DNA of 64,000 nt from a bacterium (GTDB lineage: Bacteria; Vulcanimicrobiota; Vulcanimicrobiia; Vulcanimicrobiales; Vulcanimicrobiaceae): the NCBI GenBank assembly GCA_021778415.1, contig JAJYCL010000002.1:79686-143685 (forward strand). Direction: 5' to 3'. The translations under genes were made by a program, and so were the position numbers. Shown here one piece after another: positions 21,828 to 30,875 of the stretch. Numbering within the stretch: position 1 is the stretch's first letter; every line of letters starts with the position of its first letter. The notes under the pieces were generated by a model that did not search any database, was not told the origin of the DNA, and saw only the letters and a list, made by a program, of their open reading frames with translations.

Positions 21828-22744
21828 TGAAAATCTACCACGCGTGGGAGCGACGCTCGACGCGGCCGATTGCCCTCGCGATCGGATTTTTTGACGGGAT
21901 GCATCGAGGGCACGCCGAGCTGGCTCGGCACGCTCGATTGCATCGCAAACCGGGTGGTCGCGTCGGAGTGGTGACGTTTGCCAATCACCCGGCGACCTAT
22001 TTGCGTCCGGGGCACGAGCCCGAATTATTGGCGACGCAAGAAGAGCGCGTGAATGCCCTTGCCCACGCCGGATATGAAGAGTGTTGGCTCTTGCCTTTTG
22101 ACGAACGCATCGCAACGCTTTCGGCTTTAACATTTCTCGATCTGCTTGCCACGACGCTGCATGCACGCGCGCTCGTGACCGGACGCGGCTTTCGATTTGG
22201 TCATAAACGTAGCGGCGATTCGGCGATGATCGAAACGTTTTGCTCCGAGAGGGGAATCGCGTATACGGCAGTCGATCCCGTGGTCGATGAAAGCGGCGAG
22301 CGCATATCGTCGACGCGCGTGCGCGGGCTGGTCGCCGCCGGCGATATGGAATCGGCCGATCGCCTGTTGACGGCATCGTATGAGATTCGTGGGCGCATCG
22401 AAGTCGGCTTTGGCCGTGGTCACGATTTGGATTTCCCAACGGCGAATCTTGCCCTGGAACCCAAGCTTCTTCCCAAAGACGGCATCTATGCGGCGACGGC
22501 CCGGTTCGATGGTCGTGATTATGCGGCGTTGGTGAGCATCGGAACGAATCCGCAGTTCGCGGGGACGAAGCGCACGGTCGAAGCATGGCTTCGGGATTTC
22601 CACGCGACCTGTTATGGACGGGAGATCGCGTTGCGAGATTTTCGCTTCGTGCGCGACCAAATGACGTTTCCTGATGTTCAAAGTCTTATGGCGATGATGC
22701 AACGCGACCGAGAAGCCATCGCCTACCCGAATTTTAGCTCGTAA
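21827..22744 (+). CDS. ribF: bifunctional riboflavin kinase / FMN adenylyltransferase
   Basis: AIGFFDGMHRGHAEL..., and the kinase part GFGRGHDLDFPTANL...EAWLRDF. Confidence 0.92.
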   Translation: MKIYHAWERRSTRPIALAIGFFDGMHRGHAELARHARLHRKPGGRVGVVTFANHPATYLRPGHEPELLATQEERVNALAHAGYEECWLLPFDERIATLSALTFLDLLATTLHARALVTGRGFRFGHKRSGDSAMIETFCSERGIAYTAVDPVVDESGERISSTRVRGLVAAGDMESADRLLTASYEIRGRIEVGFGRGHDLDFPTANLALEPKLLPKDGIYAATARFDGRDYAALVSIGTNPQFAGTKRTVEAWLRDFHATCYGREIALRDFRFVRDQMTFPDVQSLMAMMQRDREAIAYPNFSS

Positions 22745-22761
22745 CTGGAGAGGCGATTATC

Positions 22762-23268
22762 GTGACGCGAACGATGGGTGGACGGACCCTTGGCATGCTT
22801 GTCGGACTGACGATGCTGCTAGCCGGCTGTGCAAAGATGCATGCGGCCAATACCGTTGGCGGCGCCGCACCGGTCTGGTCCGATCCGAGCGACGTCGGCA
22901 CGACCCTTTCGTCCAGCAATTTCGCGGGGAAAGCCGTCTATTTGAACTTATTCGCTTCGTGGTGTCCGCCGTGTAATGATGAGGCACCGGCGATTAACGC
23001 GCTCGACAAGCGTTACGCGAGTTCCACGTTTACCGTGATCGGCGTCGATGTCGACGAGAATCCCGTCACGGCGGCGAAATTTGCTGCAAAATATCATCTC
23101 GTTTACCCGGTCATCGCAGATACCGGGGTTCTTCGCGATGCGTTCAATGCAAACGGTAATGGGCTTCCCATGCATATCTTTATTCGCCGCAACGGTACCA
23201 TCGAGCGTATCGTCGTTGGCGAGATGGCGCCGAAAGAGATCGAAGCGGCCATCAAGCGCATTCTGTAA
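22762..23268 (+). CDS. TlpA-family thiol:disulfide oxidoreductase lipoprotein
   Basis: Lipobox LLAGC and thioredoxin motif FASWCPPCNDEAP. Confidence 0.85.
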   Translation: MTRTMGGRTLGMLVGLTMLLAGCAKMHAANTVGGAAPVWSDPSDVGTTLSSSNFAGKAVYLNLFASWCPPCNDEAPAINALDKRYASSTFTVIGVDVDENPVTAAKFAAKYHLVYPVIADTGVLRDAFNANGNGLPMHIFIRRNGTIERIVVGEMAPKEIEAAIKRIL

Positions 23269-23341
23269 AGATTTCGTATCGCAACGGGCGATGAATTACC
23301 ACCCCAGAGGGCGTTCTGAGGGCAACTAAGGATGTATTCCG

Positions 23342-23383
23342 GAGAATGTCGTGCGATAGTACCCTCCATCGCACGACATTCTC
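23342..23383 (+). other. perfect 16-bp stem-loop downstream of the redoxin gene (terminator-like, no U-tract)
   Basis: gagaatgtcgtgcgat - 10 nt - atcgcacgacattctc. Confidence 0.4.
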
Positions 23384-23523
23384 GTTCCCTACGCTCACCG
23401 GGATTTTGCCGCTATTATTGGCGACAGGGATATCTTCGATGTCGAGCGATCAAGCGATGGTACTAGCACAGTACGTCGGTAAGCCTCAACCTTCCGAAAT
23501 CTGCCTGATGGGAGGATATAAAA

Positions 23524-23922
23524 GTGCTCATTAGCCACCATGCCAAGCCGTCCACGATGTACGAGGTTGGAAAACCGTTTGTGCTGGCGCAACAATCCTT
23601 ATGTCGTCGTATTCCAGTACAACGTCACAACCAGTTCCCGATAGACGACCTATCAAATGCTGCCGAAATTGCGCATGGTCTTATTGTTAGCCTCGATTCG
23701 GTGGTCGTTGGATTCATGTACATTCGGAATGATGGAACGGTGATTTACGAAGACGGGTTTATCGATGGACCATCGGTTCCAGCGGGACCACGCAGCAGGG
23801 TCTTCAAAGCTCTGGGAATTCCTCCACAAATCCCTGCCGGCACCGGAGCACTCGTCATTGTAAAAAATGATCCGTTTGAGTCTGTTGCGCGTAAAGGTTT
23901 CGGCCTAACAAGCTGCTACTAA
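23524..23922 (+). CDS. hypothetical protein
   Basis: 132-aa ORF with a GTG start in the lower-G+C patch. No recognised motif. Confidence 0.4.
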   Translation: MLISHHAKPSTMYEVGKPFVLAQQSLCRRIPVQRHNQFPIDDLSNAAEIAHGLIVSLDSVVVGFMYIRNDGTVIYEDGFIDGPSVPAGPRSRVFKALGIPPQIPAGTGALVIVKNDPFESVARKGFGLTSCY

Positions 23923-24003
23923 AAACCCGACTGATTTGAGGAACGTCGAATGTACGCTTTGTGGTGTTGTATGTGATGCATCTGACGTAGCCCTATTTTT
24001 CAG

Positions 24004-24073
24004 GCTGCCTCGAGCGATACGCTCACTGGGACTTTCCCGCTACTGTTGACCGCGACATAGACGGTGGCTCCAG
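24004..24073 (-). pseudogene. orphan duplicate of the 3' end of the Clp-like ATPase gene
   Basis: A 70-nt stretch about 87% identical to 25089-25158. It encodes GATVYVAVNSSGKVPVSVSLEAA*, against TGATVYVAVNSSGKIPVSVSLEAA* in the intact gene. Similarity stops abruptly upstream. Confidence 0.8.
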
Positions 24074-24130
24074 CGATAACATGAACCCAAGGGTTCGAGT
24101 AAGGTCAGGTGGGTCAATTTTACCTCGGCG

Positions 24131-24533
24131 CTAACACAGCAGTACGCTGATGCGCCGATACCCATAGCGAACCCGCGTAGCGGCGATCTCCTTCATCCGC
24201 TCTCGAAGAAAGGCGTTCAATGGCCTCGCCGTCGATTTTCGGTAATACGTCCATCGATTGAGCCTGACGAGTTCGCATGCCCGGCGGACCCCGATATCGC
24301 AGGTGGTCGTGAGATAGCCGACACGCTCACGCTGTCGCGCCCGCTTTACATTTTTTTTGAGACGATGACCTGAAGCATTTTTCGATCAAGTCTGAGGTCG
24401 GCGACGAGTTTGCTTCTAGTGTGCTGTTCTCTTCGCGTAGTTGGCGCAATTCGTGGATGCCGAGTTTCCGAATGATCTCAGCGACGGGGACGCCCGCCTC
24501 CGCCTGGCGCAAGGGAGAAGCAATCTGCTCGGG
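24131..24533 (-). mobile_element. IS3-family transposase remnant (truncated orfA plus the first ~65 codons of orfB; no DDE domain)
   Basis: The orfA-like part reads EQIASPLRQAEAGVPVAEIIRKLGIHE|LRQLREEN.. and has an internal deletion. An A8 slippery run sits at 24351-24358. The -1 frame reads ERVGYLTTTCDIGVRRACELVRLNRWTYYRKS..LRERMKEIAATRVRYGYRRISVLL*. Confidence 0.8.
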
Positions 24534-24636
24534 CTAGGTGATTTTGCCGATTTTTCGCGAGTCCCGCTGGTCCACTTTTTGGGTTCAGGGTCACGATCTT
24601 CTCTGGCACTTCATGACAGAAATGTTGGAAGAACCT

Positions 24637-24981
24637 CTATTTGCGATGAAACTCGTTTGCCGTGTTAAGAATCGCGAGAACTGCTGCTGGGATAAGGCTC
24701 TCCGGACTATCGGTAGCTCCTGGGAATTGACGGAATCGTTTCTCTATTGCAGGGCCGTAATATCCCGGTAAGCCGATTGCATCTTCACCCATTCGGACGC
24801 CACCAATAATCGATATAGTAAGCTCTTTTTTTGACGCACCATTGTCAAGCGCATTTTTATTTAGGATGGGAAGTTTTTCAAGTACATATGCCGTTATAAT
24901 GGTTAGGGTGTGAGCCTCAACGATAGCATAATAAATATGCTTAGCTATGGCTCGGAGAGTGGCGGTTTTATTGTCATCCAT
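24637..24981 (-). CDS. hypothetical protein (low G+C)
   Basis: 114-aa ORF with GGGGGTG about 8 nt upstream of the ATG. No recognised motif. Confidence 0.45.
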   Translation of the reverse strand: MDDNKTATLRAIAKHIYYAIVEAHTLTIITAYVLEKLPILNKNALDNGASKKELTISIIGGVRMGEDAIGLPGYYGPAIEKRFRQFPGATDSPESLIPAAVLAILNTANEFHRK

Positions 24982-25084
24982 GTTAAAACACCCCCTACGG
25001 GTACGTTAAGAGCTTTAGCTCTGCCATTACACGCTCAAGTCCTCCCGACTCCGTAACCGTAATCGCACGCGTCGTCTATTCGCT

Positions 25085-27013
25085 TTATGCTGCCTCGAGC
25101 GATACGCTTACCGGGATTTTGCCACTACTGTTGACCGCGACGTACACTGTGGCTCCAGTGGGGAGTTTGCCACCGAGCATGAGATGGGAGATCGGCGTCG
25201 CTACATAGCGCGTGACCACGCGCGCGACTTCGCGTGCTCCGTCGCCGGACATCGCTTCACGTGCGAGCGCATTGGCTGCAGTTCCCGTGATGTCCAAACG
25301 AATATTCCGCGTGCCCAATCGCGCCGCAAGGGCATCTAAATGAATCGTGACGATAGCGGCGATCGCCTCGACCGGCAGCGCCTGGAAAGCGACGATTTCA
25401 TCGATGCGATTGATGAGTTCGGGACGTACCGCATAGGGCAGTTCGTCGTCTGTGAGATTCGTCGTGAGAATGACGAGCGCATGACGGAAATCGACAATGC
25501 GGCCCTTCGCATCGGAAATTCTGCCTTCATCCAGGAGTGCCAACAGCAGCGATGCGACATCCGCGTGCGCTTTTTCAAACTCATCGAAAAGCACCACGCA
25601 ATAGGGCCGACGGCGAACGGCTTCGGTTAATTGCCCGGCTTCGTCGTACCCCGCGTATCCGGGAGGTGCGCCGATGAGGCGTGCAATGGCATGCGCTTCA
25701 CCGAATTCCGATAAATCAATGCGAATGAGTGCCGTTTCGCTTCCGAATAGTGCCTCGGCGAGAGTCTTGGCGAGTTCCGTTTTTCCGACGCCCGACGGGC
25801 CGCGAAAGAGAAATGTTCCCAGTGGCTTGCGTGGATCGTGCAGGCCTGCGCGGGCGCGGCGGACCGCTTCACTGACAGCGGCGATCGCTCGCGATTGTCC
25901 GACGACGCGACGCTCTAACGTTGCTTCGAGATGCAGCAGCGCCGACGATTCGTTTTCGGTGAGGGCTTCTTGCGGGACGCCGGTCCACTTCGTGATAACG
26001 GAGGCAATATCGCGTGCATCGACCGTCGGCATTGAAACGCCAGCCGGGGCATTGAGCGCAACGGAGGCCGATGCCTCATCGAGTGCATCGATCGCTTTGT
26101 CCGGGAGAAAACGGTCCGGAATATAGCGCGCTGCTAACGTCGCCGCGGCTTCGACGGCAGCATCCGTGATGATGACGTGATGATGCTGAGCATATTTTGC
26201 GCGCAAACCGCGGAGAATCATGATCGTTGCTTCGATGCTCGGTTCGTCGATTTGAACGGGTTGGAAGCGGCGCTCCAAGGCTGCATCGGCTTCGATGTAT
26301 TTGCGATATTCATCGAAGGTCGTCGCCCCGACGCATTGCAGATCGCCGCGGGCAAGTTCAGGTTTGATCATCGATGAAATATCGAGCGCACCTTCGGCGG
26401 CACCCGCGCCGACGAGCGCGTGGAGTTCATCGATGAAGAGAATCACATCGCGGGCACTCCGTTTGATTTCATCGAGGATCCGCTTGACGCGCGATTCGAG
26501 TTCGCCGCGATATTTTGTTCCGGCAACGAGTGCTCCGAGTGCCAACGCGAGAACGCGCTTATTGCGTAGCGAGGCTGGAACGTTTCCCGTTGCAATGCGT
26601 TGGGCTAACCCTTCGGCAATCGCTGTTTTGCCAACGCCCGGTTCGCCCACAAGGACCGGATTGTTTTTGCTGCGCCGCGCGAGAATGGCAATGACCCGAT
26701 CGATTTCGGCATCGCGCCCGATGACCGGATCCAGCGCGTTTTCGCGGGCCAATTGCGTCAGATCGCGCGAGAACGTTTCCAGCGTCGGTGTCGCGCCGCG
26801 CAATCGACGCGAAAGATCGCCGAGAGGTGAACTGCCACCCTCGTGCTGCATACGCTCGACGAGAATTGCGCCGCCGGCGATGAGGCCGGCGGCGGCAAGT
26901 GCTGCGCCAAGAAAGGGGAGAGCCGAGGTGGCCGACTGGCGGCGCGCACACGAGATGCAAATGCCGCCGGCTACGAGCTTCGTCTGCGAACCGCAGGCGC
27001 TACAATGTTCCAT
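25085..27013 (-). CDS. two-ring Clp/Hsp100-family AAA+ ATPase with an N-terminal zinc ribbon and TM anchor
   Basis: N-terminus is CSACG..x10..CISCA followed by LPFLGAALAAAGLIAGGAILV. D1 motifs: GEPGVGKTAIAEGLA, ILFIDELH. D2 motifs: GPSGVGKTELAKTLA, VVLFDEFEKAH. No Clp_N domain or M-domain was recognised. Confidence 0.85.
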   Translation of the reverse strand: MEHCSACGSQTKLVAGGICISCARRQSATSALPFLGAALAAAGLIAGGAILVERMQHEGGSSPLGDLSRRLRGATPTLETFSRDLTQLARENALDPVIGRDAEIDRVIAILARRSKNNPVLVGEPGVGKTAIAEGLAQRIATGNVPASLRNKRVLALALGALVAGTKYRGELESRVKRILDEIKRSARDVILFIDELHALVGAGAAEGALDISSMIKPELARGDLQCVGATTFDEYRKYIEADAALERRFQPVQIDEPSIEATIMILRGLRAKYAQHHHVIITDAAVEAAATLAARYIPDRFLPDKAIDALDEASASVALNAPAGVSMPTVDARDIASVITKWTGVPQEALTENESSALLHLEATLERRVVGQSRAIAAVSEAVRRARAGLHDPRKPLGTFLFRGPSGVGKTELAKTLAEALFGSETALIRIDLSEFGEAHAIARLIGAPPGYAGYDEAGQLTEAVRRRPYCVVLFDEFEKAHADVASLLLALLDEGRISDAKGRIVDFRHALVILTTNLTDDELPYAVRPELINRIDEIVAFQALPVEAIAAIVTIHLDALAARLGTRNIRLDITGTAANALAREAMSGDGAREVARVVTRYVATPISHLMLGGKLPTGATVYVAVNSSGKIPVSVSLEAA

Positions 27014-27055
27014 CAGCCTTGGATACTCCCCACGGTGCGCTGAAGTTTCCGCTCC

Positions 27056-27793
27056 TTAGGGCCGCAGGGCATAGGTGACGGTCACGCTTGCCGTGATCGT
27101 CAGGGACTGCGGCTCGATCTGGGTCGGTGTCGGGGCCGGAGCCGTCGCGAGGCTTTTTATCATCATTTGCGGCTGATACATCGGTTGGGCCACGTAGCCG
27201 CTGGAAAGCATGAGGACATGCGCGACATGGACGCCGGCTGCTGCGGCCATCGCGTCAGCCGAGGCACGAGCTTTGCGGACGGCAGCTGCGAGGGCGGCAT
27301 TGTGCGGCTTCTCATCATTGCTCAGGCCGTAGGTGACGCCGTTGATTTGCCGGGCTCCGCTGGCAACCGAGGCATCGATGACATTGCCGACGGTGTTCAG
27401 CTTGGTGACGCGAATGGCGAGCGAACGTCGCGCGGTATAGCCGGGTTGCGGTCCCCATGGTGCTGGCGTCGCCGTCCCCTGCGGTTTCGGTACGAAGCCG
27501 ACGTTATACCAGGTGGTGCGGATATCGGTAGTAGCAATGCCCAGCGCGGCGAGTTTCTTCACCAGCGTCTCGTAATCGCGATTGATCGTGCCGGTCGCAT
27601 CGGCCGCCTTATCGTTGGTGGAGTCCATCTCGATGTTGATCGTGGCGATATCGGGCGCGCTGGTGACCGTCGCGCTTGCCGAGACCGTCAGCGTCATCCT
27701 CGGGCCGTGCCCGTGGTGTGTGACGGTGGCTGCCTGGCTTGTCGTGACGAGTCCGAAGCTGAGGAGAAAAAATGCGAGGAGAAGACGGCGCAT
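27056..27793 (-). CDS. SIMPL/DUF541 family periplasmic protein
   Basis: Signal peptide MRRLLLAFFLLSFGLVTTSQA, a SIMPL-like body, and GGGAGG upstream of the ATG at 27793. Confidence 0.8.
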   Translation of the reverse strand: MRRLLLAFFLLSFGLVTTSQAATVTHHGHGPRMTLTVSASATVTSAPDIATINIEMDSTNDKAADATGTINRDYETLVKKLAALGIATTDIRTTWYNVGFVPKPQGTATPAPWGPQPGYTARRSLAIRVTKLNTVGNVIDASVASGARQINGVTYGLSNDEKPHNAALAAAVRKARASADAMAAAAGVHVAHVLMLSSGYVAQPMYQPQMMIKSLATAPAPTPTQIEPQSLTITASVTVTYALRP

Positions 27794-28072
27794 ATGGTAA
27801 CCTCCCTTGTGATGATAGGTTTGATCGTTGGAGCTGCCGTTGGCCTGCTCGTCGGTGCCCTTGCCGGGCATATTCTTCCCGGGCAGGCTCGAATGGGTCG
27901 TTCGGGGGATCTGCTCGTGGGCGCCCTTGGCGGTTTCCTCGGCGTTTTGCTGGATGCGTGGCTTGCCCATGGCGATATAACGTCGGCGAGTCCGGCAATT
28001 GTTGCCGTTGGGTTGATCGGGGCCGTCGTGCTCTTAAATATCGCCCGTCGAATGCCACGCCCCTCGGCTTAA
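27794..28072 (+). CDS. GlsB/YeaQ/YmgE family small stress-membrane protein
   Basis: 92 aa, Gly-rich TM helices (IGLIVGAAVGLLVGALAG; LLVGALGGFLGVLL; VAVGLIGAVVLL). AGGAG lies 9 nt upstream. Confidence 0.75.
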   Translation: MVTSLVMIGLIVGAAVGLLVGALAGHILPGQARMGRSGDLLVGALGGFLGVLLDAWLAHGDITSASPAIVAVGLIGAVVLLNIARRMPRPSA

Positions 28073-28141
28073 CCGAATGTCGAAAGGCGGCCCATAGCGT
28101 CTGTGTAAACGGCAGAGTGACCATCCGACGTTTTTAGGAGA

Positions 28142-29584
28142 TTGCAAGTAACTGTGGCTACCGAACTGCGCGAATTCCTCATGCTCTCGTACCGAGAGCT
28201 CGAAGAGCTCAATCTTGCCGCCAAAGAGCAGCGCAAGAATCGAGTCGATCCGGCAAAAATCCAAGAACTTCGCATCAAGTATTTAAACGACGAGAATCGG
28301 ATCAAGGCGGTGACCGTCCTCTTTACCGATCTTGAAGGGCGCCTCCACATGCTCGATTACGACAAGAAATTCTTGTTGAAATCGTTCGACAATCTCACTT
28401 TCGACGGCTCATCGATCCGCGGGTTTACGCCGCAGCGTGAATCGGATTTGCGTCTTGCCCTGGATTGGTCGGCATTCTATTGGGCGCCCGGCGACGTCTT
28501 TGGACCGGGCAAAGTGCTGGTCTTCGCCGATGTCATCGATAAAGACGGGACCCCGTTCGCCGGGGATATTCGCGGAAAGCTCAAGACGCTGGCCAACGAT
28601 GCCTATGCGAAAAACGGCTATGTCTTGCATGCCGCCAACGAAATCGAGGGCTTTCTTTTTCAAGGCTTGGATGCTGAGCGCAAGTTCCATGAAACGGGCA
28701 AATTCGAGTACGTCAATACCGGCGGATATTACCATTCGCTTCCCGGAGATTCGCTGCGTACGTTCATCGATTCCGTTGCCGAAGTGCAGCGCGCAATGGG
28801 CTTTGAAAACGAGAAAGATCATCCCGAAGTCGCGCCGTCGCAATTTGAAATTAATTATACCTACGGTGAAGTGGTCGCGGCAGCTGATCAAATTCAACTC
28901 TATAAATTAATTTGTCGCCAAGTGGCCACGCGCATGGGCATGACTGCATCGTTTTTGCCGAAGCCCGTCGTCGATGTCAACGGCAGCGGCATGCACACGA
29001 ATATCTCGGTCAATAAAGACGGGAAAAATATTTTCTGGAAGGCCGATGGAGAAGAACAACTCAGCGAATTCGCATGGCAATTCGCCGACCGCATCCTGTC
29101 GGCCGGACGGGATCTGTGCTTGATGCTCAATGCGAGCGTCAACGCGTATCGCCGCCTGGATCCGCATTTTGAAGCCCCGAATCAGATCAAGGTGTCCGCG
29201 ACGGACCGCGGATCGATGGTTCGTGTTCCGATTGGAAACGAGCGGAGTTCGCGTCTTGAGGTGCGTTCCGTCGGGCCCGATGCCAATCCTTATCTCGTCA
29301 TGCTCGGCATCTTCGATGCCGGCCTGAATGGCACGATTGCTCCAATTGAAAATCTGCGGCAAGCAGAGCGGTATCTTCCCGATAATATTTATGACGCGCT
29401 ATCGGATTTTCGCGCGTCGAAATGGGTTTCGGCACTGCTCGGCAATGACGTAAAAGAGCGCTATGCAGAACTCAAGCAGGCATCGGCCGATCGCTGTCCG
29501 CGTTTATTGGGCACGTTCGTCAAATCGCAAGAAGTGCAGTACCATCACGAAGTCTACAACCAATACCTCTGGAACCGCTTCTAA
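28142..29584 (+). CDS. glnA: glutamine synthetase family protein
   Basis: FTDLEGRLH, GSGMHTNISV, NAYRRL, and R.P...E.R motifs. The exact start is uncertain (TTG 28142 or ATG 28181). Confidence 0.88.
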   Translation: MQVTVATELREFLMLSYRELEELNLAAKEQRKNRVDPAKIQELRIKYLNDENRIKAVTVLFTDLEGRLHMLDYDKKFLLKSFDNLTFDGSSIRGFTPQRESDLRLALDWSAFYWAPGDVFGPGKVLVFADVIDKDGTPFAGDIRGKLKTLANDAYAKNGYVLHAANEIEGFLFQGLDAERKFHETGKFEYVNTGGYYHSLPGDSLRTFIDSVAEVQRAMGFENEKDHPEVAPSQFEINYTYGEVVAAADQIQLYKLICRQVATRMGMTASFLPKPVVDVNGSGMHTNISVNKDGKNIFWKADGEEQLSEFAWQFADRILSAGRDLCLMLNASVNAYRRLDPHFEAPNQIKVSATDRGSMVRVPIGNERSSRLEVRSVGPDANPYLVMLGIFDAGLNGTIAPIENLRQAERYLPDNIYDALSDFRASKWVSALLGNDVKERYAELKQASADRCPRLLGTFVKSQEVQYHHEVYNQYLWNRF

Positions 29585-29833
29585 ATGAGCAGTGCATGTT
29601 GCGCGGCATGCGGTGCGTCGTGTGCCGCTGCCGCCGCCTCATGTGCCGCCTGCGGAGCAGCCGTCGCCGCTGTGGCGGCGGCAAGCGCGGCGACGGCCGC
29701 AGCGGCGCACCACACGGGCGAAGAAATGGCACCGGTTTCACCAAAAAGGCAAGCCGCACTGTTTCTGATTGCCGGCGTGTTCGTCGTTCTCGGCATCGCC
29801 GTTGTCGCGTGGGCTCTCCTGACACAACGGTAG
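29585..29833 (+). CDS. small Cys/Ala-rich zinc-ribbon-like protein with a C-terminal TM helix (uncertain)
   Basis: CCAACGASC..SCAACG then ALFLIAGVFVVLGIAVVAWALL. The ATG directly follows the glnA stop. The region is GC-rich low complexity and open in four frames. Confidence 0.4.
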   Translation: MSSACCAACGASCAAAAASCAACGAAVAAVAAASAATAAAAHHTGEEMAPVSPKRQAALFLIAGVFVVLGIAVVAWALLTQR

Positions 29834-29899
29834 GACGCATCGGACCGCACTAAAAGTCGCAAGGCGAATTTCCCGCGCACGCCTAAGATGTGGGATACC

Positions 29900-30145
29900 A
29901 TGGCCTATATTATTACCGAGCCGTGTATCGGCACGAAGGACAAGTCTTGCGTTGATGTTTGCCCGGTGGATTGTATCCACGGCAAAGACGAGGACGATCA
30001 GCTCTATATCGATCCTGAAGTCTGCATCGATTGTGGTGCCTGCGTCTCCGCATGTCCGGTCGAAGCGATTTTCGCCGATTCCGATGTGCCGGAAAAGTGG
30101 CAGCAGTTCACCGAAATCAACGCGGCCTACTTCAAGAAGGCCTAA
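29900..30145 (+). CDS. fdxA: ferredoxin (Fe-S cluster Cys motifs)
   Basis: MAYIITEPCIGTKDKSCVDVCPVDCI...CIDCGACVSACPVEAIF. Confidence 0.88.
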   Translation: MAYIITEPCIGTKDKSCVDVCPVDCIHGKDEDDQLYIDPEVCIDCGACVSACPVEAIFADSDVPEKWQQFTEINAAYFKKA

Positions 30146-30195
30146 CTCGCCGAGGCAGCGTCGGTCTCGCAACCAAAAAATGAAATGAACGGGTT

Positions 30196-30870
30196 GTGCG
30201 TAGTGTGCAACCCGTTCGTGTAGTTCGCGCGGCGAAACGCTATGCCGCCGACGTCGTTGCCCTAGACGACGTTTCTTTCGACGTTCAACGTGGCGAGTTA
30301 CTCGCGTTACTCGGGCCATCGGGCTGTGGGAAATCGACGATTCTCAATCTGATTGGGTGCATCGACACTCCCTCCAGCGGACACATTGAAATCGACGGCA
30401 TCGTTACCTCGGCCTTAGATGATGATGCGCTAACCGCACTTCGCCGAGAGAAGATCGGCACGGTTTTTCAGTTTTTTAATCTCCTGCCCACACTCACCGT
30501 CGCCGAAAATGTCGCCTTGCCGTTGGTCTTGCAACGCCGACCGCGGCGCGAGATCGACGAACGTGTTCACGCCGTGCTCGATCGCGTCGAATTGAGCGGA
30601 AAATACGCATCGTATCCCGCGATGATTTCCGGCGGTGAGATGCAGAGGGCGGCCGTAGCGCGGGCCATCGTCCATGAACCGAGCATCGTCTTAGCTGACG
30701 AACCCACCGGGAATCTCGATTCTCTGCGCGGAGAACTCGTGCTCGGCTTATTGCGAGATATTGCATCCAGCGGGCAAGCTATTGTCATGGCGACACATTC
30801 GGCTGAAGCGGCGGCGCGTGCTGACCGGCGCATTCATTTGCGCGACGGCCGCATAGAACGCATGTCATAA
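30196..30870 (+). CDS. ABC transporter ATP-binding protein (MacB/LolD/AttE-like)
   Basis: Walker [10 protein letters not shown], signature SGGEMQR, Walker B VLADEPTGNLD. Confidence 0.9.
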   Translation: MRSVQPVRVVRAAKRYAADVVALDDVSFDVQRGELLALLGPSGCGKSTILNLIGCIDTPSSGHIEIDGIVTSALDDDALTALRREKIGTVFQFFNLLPTLTVAENVALPLVLQRRPRREIDERVHAVLDRVELSGKYASYPAMISGGEMQRAAVARAIVHEPSIVLADEPTGNLDSLRGELVLGLLRDIASSGQAIVMATHSAEAAARADRRIHLRDGRIERMS

Positions 30871-30875
30871 CCGCC

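Noticed and set aside
29520-29901. Two 106-aa minus-strand ORFs and a second plus-strand ORF over the Cys/Ala-rich region
   Set aside because: They arise from GC-rich low complexity that is open in four frames. Only the frame with a clean TM helix and a start abutting the glnA stop was kept, at low confidence.
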